Source: Octopus sinensis (taxonomy: Eukaryota). From it: a stretch of DNA of 64,000 nucleotides. Positions 1-11,906 of the stretch are shown here, in pieces. Position numbers and translations under genes: made by a program. The stretch is from the NCBI RefSeq assembly GCF_006345805.1, contig NC_043021.1, forward strand, positions 1,612,001-1,676,000. The letters run 5' to 3'. The notes beneath the pieces are model-generated. The model was given only the letters and a program-made list of their open reading frames with translations. It ran no database searches and had not been told where the DNA came from. Position 1 is the stretch's first letter, and the number at the start of each line of letters is the position of its first letter.

Positions 1-673
1 GCACTGTACACAATGTTTTTTATTGTTATTTATAAATGAACGAAAAGCTGCTACTCCTCCGTCGCAGACTGGTCAAAAGAAGAGGACTAAGCAGTCTTCA
101 TTAATGACGCTCCAAAAGTTGAGGGAACTTGGCTGCGAAGTTCTTCTCCACCCAGCTTACTCCCCAGACTTTTCTTCTACCAACTACCTATTTCTTTACT
201 ACCCACAAGGGGTTAAACACAGAGGGGACAAACAAGGACAGACAAACGGGTTAAGTCGATAATTCGACCCCAGTGCGTAACTGGTACTTATTTAATCGAC
301 CCCGAAAGAATGAAAGGCAAAGTCAACCTCGGCGGAATTTGAACTCAGAACGTAGCGGCAGACGAAATACCGCTCAGCATTTCGCCCTGCGTGCTACCGA
401 TTCTGCCAGCTCGCCACCTTTTTCGAATACCTTGATGGTTTCCTGCGAAACAAGGAGTTCAAAGATGAAACCTATGCCGAAAGTGCGTTCAAAGAGTTCA
501 TCAGCTCCAGAACTCCTGGTCGTTATGTTACCAGAATAAACAAACTCGTAACTCGTTGGCAAAAATGTGTTAATTGTAACCGTACTCACTTTGATGAATA
601 AAATTTCCGCATTGTTGAAATATATATTGTGATGTATCCCAACTTTCAAAACGTTGCTTACTTTTTACTCAGC

Positions 674-677
<4 letters not shown>
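1..677 (+). mobile_element. Mariner (DD34D-type) transposon 3' part, decayed and split by a SINE
   Basis: TLQKLRELGCEVLLHPAYSPDFSSTNYLF (YSPDL-like) before 189, resuming after 421 as DGFLRNKEF...INKLVTRWQKCVNCNRTHFDE*; ends in a mariner-like TIR (...tactttttactcagcctga) followed by TA. Confidence 0.85.
189..419 (-). mobile_element. tRNA-derived SINE, family A (central domain resembling the Nin/Sauria-type SINE domain)
   Basis: Reverse complement of the ggcggcgagctggcaga...gaggtcgactttgcctttcatcctttcggggtcgat...aaagaaata consensus seen many times in this window. Confidence 0.85.
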
Positions 678-735
<58 letters not shown>

Positions 736-770
736 CTATATATATATATATATACATATATATAATATTA

Positions 771-973
771 AAATAATCCAACAAGAAAACAAAAAGACAA
801 CAACGCAAGGATGTGGAACAAATAAAGTATTATTGGACGCTCAGGAAAGAAGGGAAGAAGGCGGGTTTGACGTTTCGAGCGGAGCTCTTCGTCGGAAACA
901 TAGGAGAAAGAAAGATCCCGAGACGGGAGGACAAGGAAAGAAAATTGCAGGTGGTATTCACGAGGTCACATAC
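771..973 (-). mobile_element. Penelope-LTR-like short repeat, family H1 (hammerhead core degenerated to CCGACGA)
   Basis: Homologous to 5136-5345, 14510-14688 and 19479-19684. Confidence 0.65.
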
Positions 974-1070
974 TAAAAAGACAGAAGTGGTAAAAATGGA
1001 GGAAAATGTTTTTTAAAAACAAGAGAGCTATCAAAGAAGGAATGGTAAAAAAGGTGGTGCGAGAAGATAT

Positions 1071-1127
<57 letters not shown>

Positions 1128-1153
1128 TTGAAACACTCCTCCTGTCACAACCT

Positions 1154-1197
1154 GGGACCTTGAAGACTGCTTAAATGCAAGAAAGTATACTAGTCCC
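1154..1197 (+). ncRNA. Minimal hammerhead-like motif (AGTATACT palindrome; 1-nt insertion in the core)
   Basis: GGGAC-CTTGAAGA-CTGC ttaaat GCAA-GAAAGTATACTA^GTCCC; stem I GGGAC/GTCCC. Confidence 0.5.
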
Positions 1198-1499
1198 TTA
1201 ATATTTTATATTCAATATTTCATCTATTCAATAAAACAATCAATACTTCATTTCATTTTACTATATATATATTATTTATACTATATATTCTATATTCTAC
1301 ATTAATGTTATAAAGAATATAAATAAAACATAAAAAAACAGAGTTGGAATATCTTTGAATAAGATATATATATATAATATATCCTGTAAGTAATAATAAA
1401 TGATATTTTTATACAAGCATTAATCTTATGGCGATCACCATGCAATGGCTAAGGAAAATAATCCAATAAACCATTCACACCATATATACATATATATAT

Positions 1500-1547
<48 letters not shown>

Positions 1548-1664
1548 AAATAGTAAAAAGTGAAAAACTACAGAAGGCTTGTTTTAAAAGGTTAAAAAAT
1601 ATATATTTGAGTCAATATGTCTGAAGAATGTTATAAATTGTTTTCATACAATGACATATTATAG

Positions 1665-1704
1665 AAGAAATGACCGGTTTCGCGTTCAGCTTTTCAAATT
1701 TCTT
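1665..1704 (-). ncRNA. Minimal type I hammerhead motif with U3-A8 core variant
   Basis: Minus strand AAGAAAT-TTGAAAA-GC TGAAC GC-GAAACCGGTC^ATTTCTT: perfect 7-bp stem I, ACCGGT palindrome, GUC cleavage triplet. Confidence 0.65.
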
Positions 1705-1738
1705 ACCTATATATATATATATATATATATACTTATTA

Positions 1739-1794
<56 letters not shown>

Positions 1795-1942
1795 CGAGAA
1801 TATTGTTGACGTGGTTGAAGCTCCCAAATTATAGTGTGACCCCATTTAGAGTAATCTAAAATTGGTCCTGCTATAATTGAACAGAAAAGCAAACATTAAG
1901 AGGAACATGTGGATCTTATATATACAATACTTGTGCGTGTGT

Positions 1943-1991
<49 letters not shown>

Positions 1992-2327
1992 ATGTGTGGG
2001 TATATGTGTGTGTGTGTGTTCACACATGCACATGCATTCAGATACACACACACGCAACACGCAAAAAGCACGCACACATACATACACACGCGCGCTCAGA
2101 CACACACACACACACACACATACACACAACACACTCGCACACACACACACGCACACAACACACACACACACGCACACACATACACACAACACACACACGC
2201 ACACACACAAGCCAGACAACTGTACCAGATGCGACGGGGTCAAGGTTTGTGTTACGACTTCAGGAAATCAGAAACGCTTTTAGGTAAAAGTCATTGGAAT
2301 TTGTTTATATCGCTTGTATACATCTGG

Positions 2328-2358
<31 letters not shown>

Positions 2359-2924
2359 TATACATACATGCATGCACATTCATGTTTGTCAGTATTTATA
2401 TGTATGTATATATGTATACATATCTACATATATACGCATATATGTATATATATGTGCTTATAATCTATGTGTGTGTATATATATATATATATGTACATAT
2501 ATATATATATATGTATATATATATACATATATGTTAATAAAATAGAACATATGCATATATATAAATATATGTACGTACCTACCTCTACATGTACATATAC
2601 ACGCATATATGTGTACAGGACACCAAAAAGACGTCAACACATAGAGAGACGAAAAACATAGACACAAACCAAGGAACAAGACACGCAAAAAAAGAGATAC
2701 AGGACAATAAGCACAATGAAAAATCCCCTTCTTCAGTCGCTAAGGTTTCATCTACTAAACGTTTCGAAGGATAAAAGCGAGACGTATACTTCGAAGAAAA
2801 CTTCCTTCCTGCGAAAAGCAAATCAATTAAAATTCTGAGATCTTTTCGCAGAGGGGTAAAAAAAGCAAGACGGTAACGACAGTACATTTATATATATATA
2901 TGTAAATATGTATATATGTATATA

Positions 2925-3385
2925 TGTATATGTATATATGCTTATATAAGTGTATAATTAATATATATTTATCTATGCGAGTATCCATATATACGCACAC
3001 ACACAGAGATACATACATACGTACATACATACATACAGACAGACATACATACACGCATACATACATACATGCATACATACATACATACACGCATACATAC
3101 ATACACGCATACATACACGCATACATACATACATACTACACGCATACATACATACACACACATACATACATACATACATACATACATACATACAAACATA
3201 CATACATACATACATACATGCATGCATACATACATACATACACATACATACATACATACATACAAACATACAAACATACATACATACAAACATACAAACA
3301 TACATACATACATACATACATACATACATACAAACATACACATACATACATACATACATACATACATACATACATACATACATGC
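2925..3385. repeat. (TACA)n / (TA)n compound microsatellite
   Basis: Directly visible; source of the HTYI/MYVC ORFs. Confidence 0.95.
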
Positions 3386-3564
3386 ATATCAGTACAAGAA
3401 AAACTGATGGAACATTCCCATCAGAAAATCTGTCACGTGTAAGCATAAAAGACCGGATATTTTTGTTTACGACTTACAAAAAAAACAAAAAAACAGTATG
3501 TAAGGTCGTCGAGGTCAAATGTCCAGCTAATGTGAATTTTTAATTTTTTTTTTTTTTTACCAAA

Positions 3565-3680
3565 TGAGTGGCTGTGTGGTAAGTAGCTTGCTTCTCAACC
3601 ACATGGTTCCGGGTTCAGTCCCACTACATGGGACCTTGGGCAATTGTCTTCTACTATAGCTTCGGGCCGACTTCAGCCTG
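3565..3680 (+). mobile_element. 5' fragment of tRNA-derived CORE-like SINE, family B
   Basis: gagtggctgtgtggtaagtagcttgc...ccttgggcaa head, truncated into (GTA)n. Confidence 0.75.
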
Positions 3681-3681
3681 T

Positions 3682-3682
<1 letters not shown>

Positions 3683-3715
<33 letters not shown>

Positions 3716-4215
3716 AGTAGTCGGTGTGTTGTTGTTGTTGTTGTTGTTGTTGTTGTGGTGGTGGTGGTGGTGGTGATGGGGGTATTGTTGTTGTTGTTGG
3801 TGGTGATGATGGTGGTGATCGTCGACGTCGTCAAGGCAGCGGCGACGGCGGCGAGAGCGGTGGTGCCGATGGCGTTAGCGGTGGTGGCTTTGGCGATGGT
3901 TTTTGCTGTTCTTGTTCTTGTTGATGATGCTGATGATGATGATGATGATGTTGATGATGATGATGTTGATGATGCTCACTTCCCGCTTTATAATGACCAC
4001 CCCAATTAAAACAAAACACAGCAAAACAAACAAAAATACTGTCGTCTTTGTTTTCCACGAAACCAATTTTTGTTTTTTTCACATTTAGCCATCGCCATCA
4101 TCATCACCATCATTACCATCATCATCACCATCAGCATCATTACCATCATCATCATCATCATCATCATTATCACCATCACTACCACTACACCTACTACAAA
4201 CATCATAATCATTTT
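3683..4215. repeat. Trinucleotide mosaic (GTA, GTT, GGT, GAT, then CAT/CAC)
   Basis: Directly visible low-complexity blocks. Confidence 0.9.
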
Positions 4216-4541
4216 CATGTCATTTACACTTTTTGTTTGTTTTTGTTTGTTTGTTTTTGTTTTGTGTTTTTTGTCTTTTGTTCGTTTCCGTCACCACCCA
4301 CGCCATCCTTGCCGATACCTTCACCTCCTCTCCTCCCTCACCTGCCCTCCATCACCACCCAAGCCGCCACCCCCTCCACACGACCCAATATCAACCGGGC
4401 AAACAAGGAGTGGAGATCCTCATTAACTTTTTTCTTCTTTTTTTTTCCATGGAACTAATTAACATTACTGTGATTAAAAGAATAATTAATTACTTTGTAA
4501 ATATTCGTTTTCTACATATGTCCTTGCTACAATGCATGTGC

Positions 4542-4582
<41 letters not shown>

Positions 4583-4857
4583 CGTATGCATGTGTGTGTG
4601 GGTGTATGTATATACATATATATATATATGCATGTATATATAGACACCGACAAATATACATGTATATTACATACATATACAATGTATAAGTGTGTGTGTA
4701 TACACACACACACACACACACACACACAACACATATATATATATATATATAATATACATATACATATACATATACATTGAAAGATAGATAGATATAGATG
4801 CATATATATATGCATTTGTATACACACACACACCACACACAACCACACAACACAACA

Positions 4858-4897
<40 letters not shown>

Positions 4898-4962
4898 TGT
4901 TTTTTGTACTTGTTTCAGTCATTTGACTGCGGCATGCTGGGCAGCACCCGCCTTTTAGAGTG

Positions 4963-5122
4963 TGAAAGAGTACAGCAGGGATCACCACCATCCCCTGCCG
5001 GAGCCTCGTGGAGCTTTTAGGTGTTTTTCGCTCAATAAACCACACAACGCCCGTCTGGGAATCGAAACCGCGATCCTCCGACCGCAAGTCCGCTGCCCTA
5101 ACCACTGGGCCATTGCGCCTCC
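4963..5122 (-). mobile_element. tRNA-derived SINE family C, 5' half
   Basis: Reverse complement of ggaggcgcaatggcccagtggttagggcagcggact... (same head as 17710). Confidence 0.85.
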
Positions 5123-5135
5123 ATATATATATATA

Positions 5136-5345
5136 AAGTTAACCCAAACAAGAAAGCACAAAAAAACACAACAACGCGAGGAAGTGGAACAAATATAGTA
5201 TTATTGGACGCTCAGGAAAGAAGGAAAGAAAGAGGGTTTAACATTTCGGGCGGAGCTCTTCGTCGGAAACGTAGGAGAAGGAAAGATCCAGAGAAGGGAA
5301 GACAGAGGGAAAAAAATCGCCAACGGTACACACGAGGTCACACAC
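5136..5345 (-). mobile_element. Family H1 repeat (hammerhead core CCGACGA...GAAATGTT, decayed)
   Basis: Homologous to 771-973 and 19479-19684. Confidence 0.65.
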
Positions 5346-5365
5346 ACACACACACCACACACACA

Positions 5366-5423
<58 letters not shown>

Positions 5424-6202
5424 GGATATAAATTGGCGATAAACCACTATTATGCAACTCAAACAGTGATAGACATAAACCAATACACAAATAACAAATA
5501 ATATATATTTTTATAAAACATAACTTATAACTAGATCTCAAAAAGTATAAAATGAATGATAAATATATAATATAATAAGTAAAACACTACGTACGTTTCG
5601 TGGCTACAATTAAATTCGAATTACTATTAAGTTTAAATTCAATTGAAATATATTCGATTTAAAATTATAGTCAATCTTCAGGTTAATGATAATAATTAAA
5701 TAAATAAGCAAATAGAGTTAAACAATATTTATTTAAGAAATAAATAAAATAATAATTTTTCTTATAGAAAAAAGCTCCATTAACTAAATTAGAAACTTAA
5801 AACAGTATTATTTCCTACAACACATTTATTATCTTAAATATTTAATTTTTAAGGTAAAAAAATAGCAACCGGTGCTAGCGTGTTTACGTTCCCGTAGCTT
5901 AGCGGTTCAGCAAATGCAATCGATCGAATAACTGTGCGGCTTTAAAAGAAAAACAATAAAAGAAAAAGACGAGACAAGACAAGTACTCGGGTCGATTCGT
6001 TCGACTAAATTAGTTTTCAAGGCTGTGCTCCAGTATGGCCGCAGTCTAACGACTGAAACAAGTGAAATACAATAGAGATTAACGATGATTCGGCAAGAAC
6101 TAGACAAGAACAACAATAACAACACACACACACATACACATATACATACATACATACATACATAATACATACATACATACATACATATATATATTATATA
6201 TA

Positions 6203-6248
<46 letters not shown>

Positions 6249-6249
6249 T

Positions 6250-6662
6250 ATATTATAAAAGGATTCCAACCTTGTCTGATTTTCACGCTTTATTTACAAT
6301 CTTATAATGATATTAGATAATATAATATAATAAAATAAAATAAATAGTAGAATGTTAAATGTTCATTCTGATTGAACTAGTACTTTCATGCATGAATTCT
6401 GCAATCTTCAGGTTCATGTAGAAGTGGTGACAGTCATGCTTCACAATTTTTGACTGTCAAAATTGTGAAGCATGACTGTCACCACTACTACATGAACCTG
6501 AAGATTGCAGAATTTAATGCGTGAAAGTACTAGTTCAATCAGAATGAACATTTAACATTCTACTATTTTATTTTATTTTATTATATTATATTATCTAATA
6601 TCATTATAAGATTGTAAATAAAGCGTGAAAATCAGACAAGTTGGAATTCCTTTTATTAATAT
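6250..6662. repeat. Near-perfect ~410-bp palindrome (~205-bp arms, 1-nt loop at 6455) with a hammerhead motif in each arm
   Basis: ...tcacaatttttgac T gtcaaaattgtga...; arms complementary out to ggattccaac / gttggaattcc. Confidence 0.9.
6493..6537 (+). ncRNA. Minimal hammerhead motif (AGTACT palindrome); mirror copy on - strand at 6373-6416
   Basis: TGAAC-CTGAAGA-TTGCAGAATTTAATGCGT-GAAAGTACTA^GTTCA; stem I TGAAC/GTTCA. Confidence 0.6.
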
Positions 6663-6691
6663 ATTCTTCTATACACAATCCCCCCCGTATA

Positions 6692-6768
<77 letters not shown>

Positions 6769-7820
6769 ATATATATATATATATATATATGCTAATATAC
6801 ACAACACACACCCACACACACATATATATATATATAATATATTATATATATATAATTATATATATATATATATGCATATACATATATATACACCAACACC
6901 AGTTGTCAAGTGGTGGGGGGGACAAACAGACACACACACACACACACACACACCACACACACACAGAGTATAAAATAATTCAATCCCTATTCTGTGTCAT
7001 CGACGATCATCTCTCGTAATGGTCATCATGGAGATATCCTAGACAATAGTTTGGTTGTTGTGTTTGGTGACCACAAGCAGCTGGTGTCATACAGAACGTG
7101 GTCTCCTTAATCAAGTGGGTTACGTGAGTGGTTAATTATGATGAGTTGCTCAATAGCATGTTGTCATGTCCATGATATGCGGAGGCAACAATGAGATCTT
7201 CATACTGATTTGTATTGTTATCATACTTGCGTTTTCCGTATTGAACAAGCATCAGATTGTTTTTCTCTAAGTTTGTATTTATCAATTGTTATCACTGGGG
7301 GACATTAAACTGAATCAGATAGTGGGAATCCGGTTTGAGAGTTCCCAGGTTTTTTTGAGAGATGTGGAACCACTTCTTGGTTACTGGCGTTCTCATGTTT
7401 GCTCTGACCAGGAATATTAACTCTTTTCTAGGGCCCCGGATATGGATCGTTAGCATATTAGAGCTTGCCGCTCGCCTATCTAGGTATGTGGAAACTGGAA
7501 AGGGCAGTCTTTGCAGAAGAAACAGAAGGGCAGACGGCTGCAGCAACGCATTGTGGAGTGCTGAGAACAAGATGAGACGTCTCGTTCATCCACTGCCCCC
7601 ATCTCCATCCTCAATTATTTTGACCTGATCTTGCCACTAAAACGAAGATAGTCTCAGGCAAGAGAGTAAGGTCGACTGTATAGCTCTTCTTCATTTCGAA
7701 CAAACTCACTGCGCAAGTCATCAGTCGCCCTTAAGGGTGGCTACCAGATGGTCCTCGTCGCTCCGACGGACGAACATGGCGATTCAATGACTAAACCTGT
7801 CTGATATGGTGGAACAATAA

Positions 7821-8035
7821 GGCGTCGAGCTGGCAGAATCGGCAGCACGCCGGGCAAAATGCTTAGTGGTGTTTTTTACGTTTTGAGTTCAAATTCCACC
7901 GAGGTCGACTTTTCTTTTTATACTTTCGGTGTCGATAAATAAAATACCAGTTGCTTACTGGGATCGATGTGATCAACTTACTCACTCCCAACAAATTTCA
8001 GGCCTTGTGCCTATAGTAGAAAGGATTGTTGTTAT
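7821..8035 (+). mobile_element. SINE family A (subfamily with aaatttcaggccttgtgcc...gaaaggatt tail)
   Basis: Family A head and central domain with the alternative tail ending in (ATT)/(GTA) repeats. Confidence 0.8.
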
Positions 8036-8549
8036 TATTAGTAGTAGTAGTAGTAGCAGCAGCAGTAATAGTGGTAGTAGTAGTAGTAGTATAGTAGTAG
8101 CAGCAGCAGCACCGTTCAAGAATTTGGACCTGGAGATCTCCATTTCCAGCGACTTCGAGGGCCACCTCCCAGTGGTGTAGGGCGTCAACAAAGAGCCCTC
8201 GACTACAACAAGACGACCAAAGTTTTTTTTTCCAAGGTCTGGGGTCTCCCGCCCCTAAGCCCTAGACCATCACCTAATCACCCTTACTCGTCTTGTTGCT
8301 TAACAGCAAAAGCAACAACAGCAGCAGCAGCTGTAGTAGTAGTAGTAGTAGTGTAGTAGTAGTAGTAGTAGTAGTAGTAAGGCGGTGAGCTGGCAGAACC
8401 TTTAGCGCGCCGAACAAAATGCTTAGCGGCATTTCGTCCGACTTTACGTTTCAAGTTCGAATTCGCCGGGATTGACTTTGCCGTTCGTCTTTTCGGGGTC
8501 GACGAAATAAGCACCAGTTGAGCCGTATTAGAACGTTCTTGAGACTCGT

Positions 8550-9610
8550 CATTGTATATACAAACGTGAAACGGTATCAGCTGTATTGTTTTGTCTCTGA
8601 GAAACATCTTAAAGAGATTTACGTGATAAAAACACGGATCTCTACACAGAACTTCGATGAATCACCAGACACTGTTGTTTAAATTTGATCTAATCTCTTC
8701 AGTGACAAATATCTCGTCCTTGATGGGATTAAATCTGTCTGGAACGTTGTATCCTGGTGATCCATCGGCGTTCCGAACGAAGCTCTGTGTCACATTATAT
8801 AAACATTATATTATTTTTTTACTACCCACAAGGGGCTAAACACAGAGGGGACAAACAAGGACAGACAAACGGATTAAGTGGGTAACTGGTACTTATTTAA
8901 TCGACCCCGAAAGGATGCAAAGTCGACCTCGGCGGAATTTGAACTCAGGACGTAACGGCAGACGAAATACGGCTACGCATTTCGCCCGGCGGGCTAACGT
9001 TTCTGCCAGCTCGCCGCCTTTTCATTATATAAACATTATATACACCGATATTTTAATCTAATGCTGTTTGAAGTGCATATGTTTAATTAATTCTAGCCTG
9101 GTTAGTTTTCCCAGAGCCAATAAATGTTTTGTTTGCCTATTTCTATATCGGGACAAGTATCTGCCGTCTTGACTCAGAATATCCGAGGTATTCGTCACTG
9201 AAGTGACCAAATCAAATTAAAACACCGGTGTCTAGTGATCCACCGAGGTTCTTATCAGAGCTCCGTGTTTTTACCATATGTCTTTTTAAAATATTTCTCA
9301 GAAAAAAACAATACAGCTAGTACCGTTCCATGTTTGTATATATATTATATAGGCGTTATATACACCGGAATTTTAAAGTAATGTTGTTTGAAGTATGTAT
9401 ATATATTTAGTTATAACCTGGTTAGTTTTCAAATGAAAATTGTTTTGTTTGTCCTATTTCTATATCCGGACAAGCATTTGCCGTCTTGATTCAGAACATC
9501 CGAGGTATTCGTCACTGAAGTGACCAAATCAGATTAAAACACCGGTGTCTGAGCGGAGATCTGTGTTTTAGCTACATAAGTCTCTTTCAAATGTTTTTGC
9601 GAGACAAAGT
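8550..9610. repeat. Local ~300-bp repeat: two tandem copies (9030-9345, 9350-9610) and one inverted copy (8550-8740)
   Basis: Shared block gaggtattcgtcactgaagtgaccaaatca.attaaaacaccggtgtct in both tandem copies; 8550-8740 aligns to its reverse complement. Confidence 0.8.
8812..9022 (-). mobile_element. SINE family A with 19-bp target-site duplication
   Basis: TSD cattatataaacattatat at 8793-8811 and 9023-9041. Confidence 0.9.
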
Positions 9611-9639
9611 TTCACAGCCAGTATATGCCAGTATTATAG

Positions 9640-9744
9640 GTTAATGATGATAATAATATAATATATAATAATAATAATAATAATATAATAATAATAATAA
9701 TAATAATAATGAATGATGATAATATGATAATGATGATGATAATA

Positions 9745-9778
<34 letters not shown>

Positions 9779-9912
9779 TACTGATGATGATAATAATGAA
9801 ATAATAATAATAATAATAATGATAATAATAATAATAATATAATAATGATAATAATAATAATAATAATAATATAATAATGATGAATAATAATAATAATAAT
9901 GATAATAAATTA
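9640..9912. repeat. (AAT)n/(GAT)n microsatellite
   Basis: Directly visible. Confidence 0.95.
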
Positions 9913-10559
9913 AACGAATGCCAATAATCAAATGGCGCCAATTAAATAGAATGGCAAACGTGACCGGGGCGAAGTGAAAGTAAAAACTTTTGCAAAGCTG
10001 CAAATAAAAGGGTGTAACTAGGGTTATTAATTCTAATCTTTGAGTTAATTCTCACAACAAATATCATACTTAACTATATCAGGCAACCATATGAATAATG
10101 CAATTATACAATAAATTGGTAAACAAAATGATAGTGGGGTTAAGTGGCAACGGAATTATTCATGATTCATACTGTAACATACAATCGGACAGCGTTTATA
10201 TTTTACAGCATATTAAACACACATGCACAACACGTGTATGTATGTATGTATGTGTGTATGTATGTATGTATGTATGTATGTATGTATGTATGTATGTATG
10301 TATGTATGTATGTACATGCATATATGGGTACAGGACGTCACTAACAGTAAACAACACGAAATACGAAAACAAATGAGTTCAATACGCGCGCACATAGACA
10401 CACGCACAAACGCGCACACATACACACACATACATATATATATACAAATATATATATATCTACATATATACACACACCAACACACATATATATATATATA
10501 TATACATACATATATATATCTATATACATATATATATACATACATACTAGATATATATC

Positions 10560-10610
<51 letters not shown>

Positions 10611-10676
10611 AAATATATACATACATACATATATCTATATCTATATACCATATATATATATTATACATACATACAT

Positions 10677-10732
<56 letters not shown>

Positions 10733-10974
10733 TTTAAAACATCAACCATTAAATTGGGGGATTCGTCAGTGTTTTTTTCAGTACAGAAGCATTTTTCTTT
10801 TTCCTTTCTTTTCTTTTTTTTCTTTTTAAAGGGAAAGTTGGCAGCCGTGACTTCAGTGTTTCGGCTTAATTTGCCGTCATCAGACTGACAAATTAGCCCG
10901 GAACTATGTGGTTGGGAAGCAAGCTTCTTACCACACAGCCACGCCTGCAAAGAAATGAAAAGAACGTTTAAAAT

Positions 10975-11578
10975 GAAAGAATTATTCTTTTCTTCTCTAG
11001 GCACAAGATTCGAAATTTTTGGAGATGAGGTGAGCAGTTGATTAGAGCGACCCCAGTACGCAACTTGTACTAAATTTATCGACCCCGAAAGGATAAAATG
11101 CAAAGTCGACCTCGGCGGAATTTGAACTCAGAACGTAAAGACACACGAAATACCTATTTCGTTTTCTTTACTACCCACAAGGGGATAAATACAGAGGGGA
11201 CGAACAAGGACAAACAAACAGATTAAGTTGATTACATCGACCCCAGTGCGTAACTGGTATTTAATTCATCGACCCCGAAAGGATGAAAGGCAAAGTCGAC
11301 CTCGACGGAATTTGAACTCAGAATGTAGCGGCAGACTAAATACCTATTTCTTTACTACGCACAAGGGGCTAAACACAGAAGGGAGAAACAAGGACAGACA
11401 AACGGATTAAGTCGATTATATCGACCCCAGTGCGTAACTGGTATTTAATTCATCGACCCCGAAAGGATGAAAGGCAAGGTCGACCTCGGCGGAATTTGAA
11501 CTCAGAACGTCACGGCAGAATAAATACAGCTATGCATTTCGCTCGGCGTGCTAACGATTCTGCCAGCTCGCCGCCTTA
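10975..11578 (-). mobile_element. Head-to-tail cluster of about three SINE family A units
   Basis: The block atcgaccccgaaaggat.aaa.gcaa.gtcgacctcg.cggaatttgaactcagaa recurs at ~11079, 11268 and 11451; only the last unit has the head. Confidence 0.85.
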
Positions 11579-11906
11579 AATGTAAGAATTATTCTTTGTT
11601 TTGTTCTAAGTATTTAAAAAACTACCTTCAAAAATAGTCATGTCATAAATGCGATAGGACTTTCCCTCCAATCTAATCTATAGGCCAAAGCTAGGTGGCG
11701 GGTGAGTCGACACGCCGGGCAAAATGCTCAACGGCATTTCGTCTGATCACGTTCTGGGTTCAAATTCCACCGAGGTCACCTTCGTCTTTTATTCTTTCGG
11801 GGCCAATAAAATAAGTACCTGTTGAGCACTGGGGTTCGATGCAATCAACTGACCCCTCCCCGAATTTGCTGGCCTTGTGGCAAAATTTGAAACCATTATT
11901 ATTTAA

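Noticed and set aside
1877-3446. Many overlapping ORFs of CV, HT, YI and MYVC repeats (also 10213-11103, 39269-39801, 41054-41434, 52003-52691)
   Set aside because: Dinucleotide and tetranucleotide microsatellite artefacts; the 39269 ORF is used only for its first four codons.
3683-4215. Possible poly-His/Asp/Cys coding exon
   Set aside because: Mosaic of trinucleotide microsatellites without splice or homology support.
7040-7620. Possible decayed Gypsy integrase on the minus strand (QFNVPQ / SDN fragments)
   Set aside because: Only scattered weak resemblances across stops and frames; cannot be supported without a profile search.
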